Origin: the human T2T-CHM13v2.0 reference genome, Homo sapiens
Length of the DNA: 64,000 nt
Assembly (NCBI RefSeq): GCF_009914755.1
Contig: NC_060934.1
Reading direction: 5' to 3' (one strand)
Position 1 is the first letter of the stretch; each line of letters starts with the position of its first letter. The notes under the pieces are model-generated. The model was not told the DNA's origin. It was given only the letters and a program-made list of their open reading frames with translations, and did no database searches. A program made the position numbers and the translations under genes. This document shows positions 63,552 to 64,000 of the stretch, one piece after another.

Positions 63552-63578
63552 CATGGAGTGATTGATGGATGGATGGAT
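63395..63578 (+). repeat. Imperfect (GGAT)n tract following an L2-like 3' end (~63290-63370)
   Basis: Seen directly; preceded by gcacatagctggtgcttaatgtatgttt. Confidence 0.9.
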
Positions 63579-64000
63579 TTTCTCAGAAGGCATACACTAA
63601 CCATGTTTTACAAAAAAGAGAAATTATAGAAAATGGATAGCAGATAAAAGAGATTTTATCCCTCCAACTTTGACTTTGGACAGAGCCTCCTTTGTTCAAA
63701 CAGCAATTTGTTCTTGTCTAAAACCTCCTCAAAACATCTTCTTGATCTTCCCATGGAGCTGTTTCCATCTACTCCACTTACTCCTAACTCTTCCCTGGTA
63801 AGATATTGTCTCTCCCTGCCTTGGGCATAATCTAACACTGCAGTAATAATCTGTGGCTCCCCCATCTTCTCTCCAACCTCAGCATCCTCACTGAGACGAC
63901 CTACTTTGTGCAAACTGACTTTAGCTGACAGTTCACTGGTGGGGATGCGGAGGGTAGGAAAGGCCCTAACCTCACAACCTATTCAGAGAAGGGATTCTTG

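Overview
Primate, most likely human, genomic DNA lying entirely inside the GRID1 gene (glutamate receptor delta-1, GluD1), which is transcribed on the - strand. Two phase-0 coding exons with canonical AG/GT boundaries are present at 60145-60306 (54 codons) and 58612-58731 (40 codons); they encode the C-terminal part of the amino-terminal domain. Everything else is intron. About the first 53 kb is a near-continuous AT-rich stack of nested LINE-1 elements of many ages, mostly antisense to GRID1. It is interrupted by about nine Alus, a THE1 solo LTR, a MER85 piggyBac MITE, MIR/MLT/ERVL fragments and microsatellites. The last ~11 kb is GC-richer, mostly unique sequence with old MIR/L2/MER58 fragments. 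I found no convincing new gene or multi-gene system. The most notable oddities are local: a near-perfect 144-bp tandem duplication inside an ancient L1 5'UTR; an Alu-tail-derived sense (CCTG)n tract resembling the DM2 architecture; a locally templated ~78-bp insertion; a CpG-rich 19-nt insert in a decayed Alu; a twin-primed L1 inversion; and an in-frame tandem 5' splice site. Repeat subfamily names come from recalled consensus diagnostics, and boundaries of old elements are approximate.
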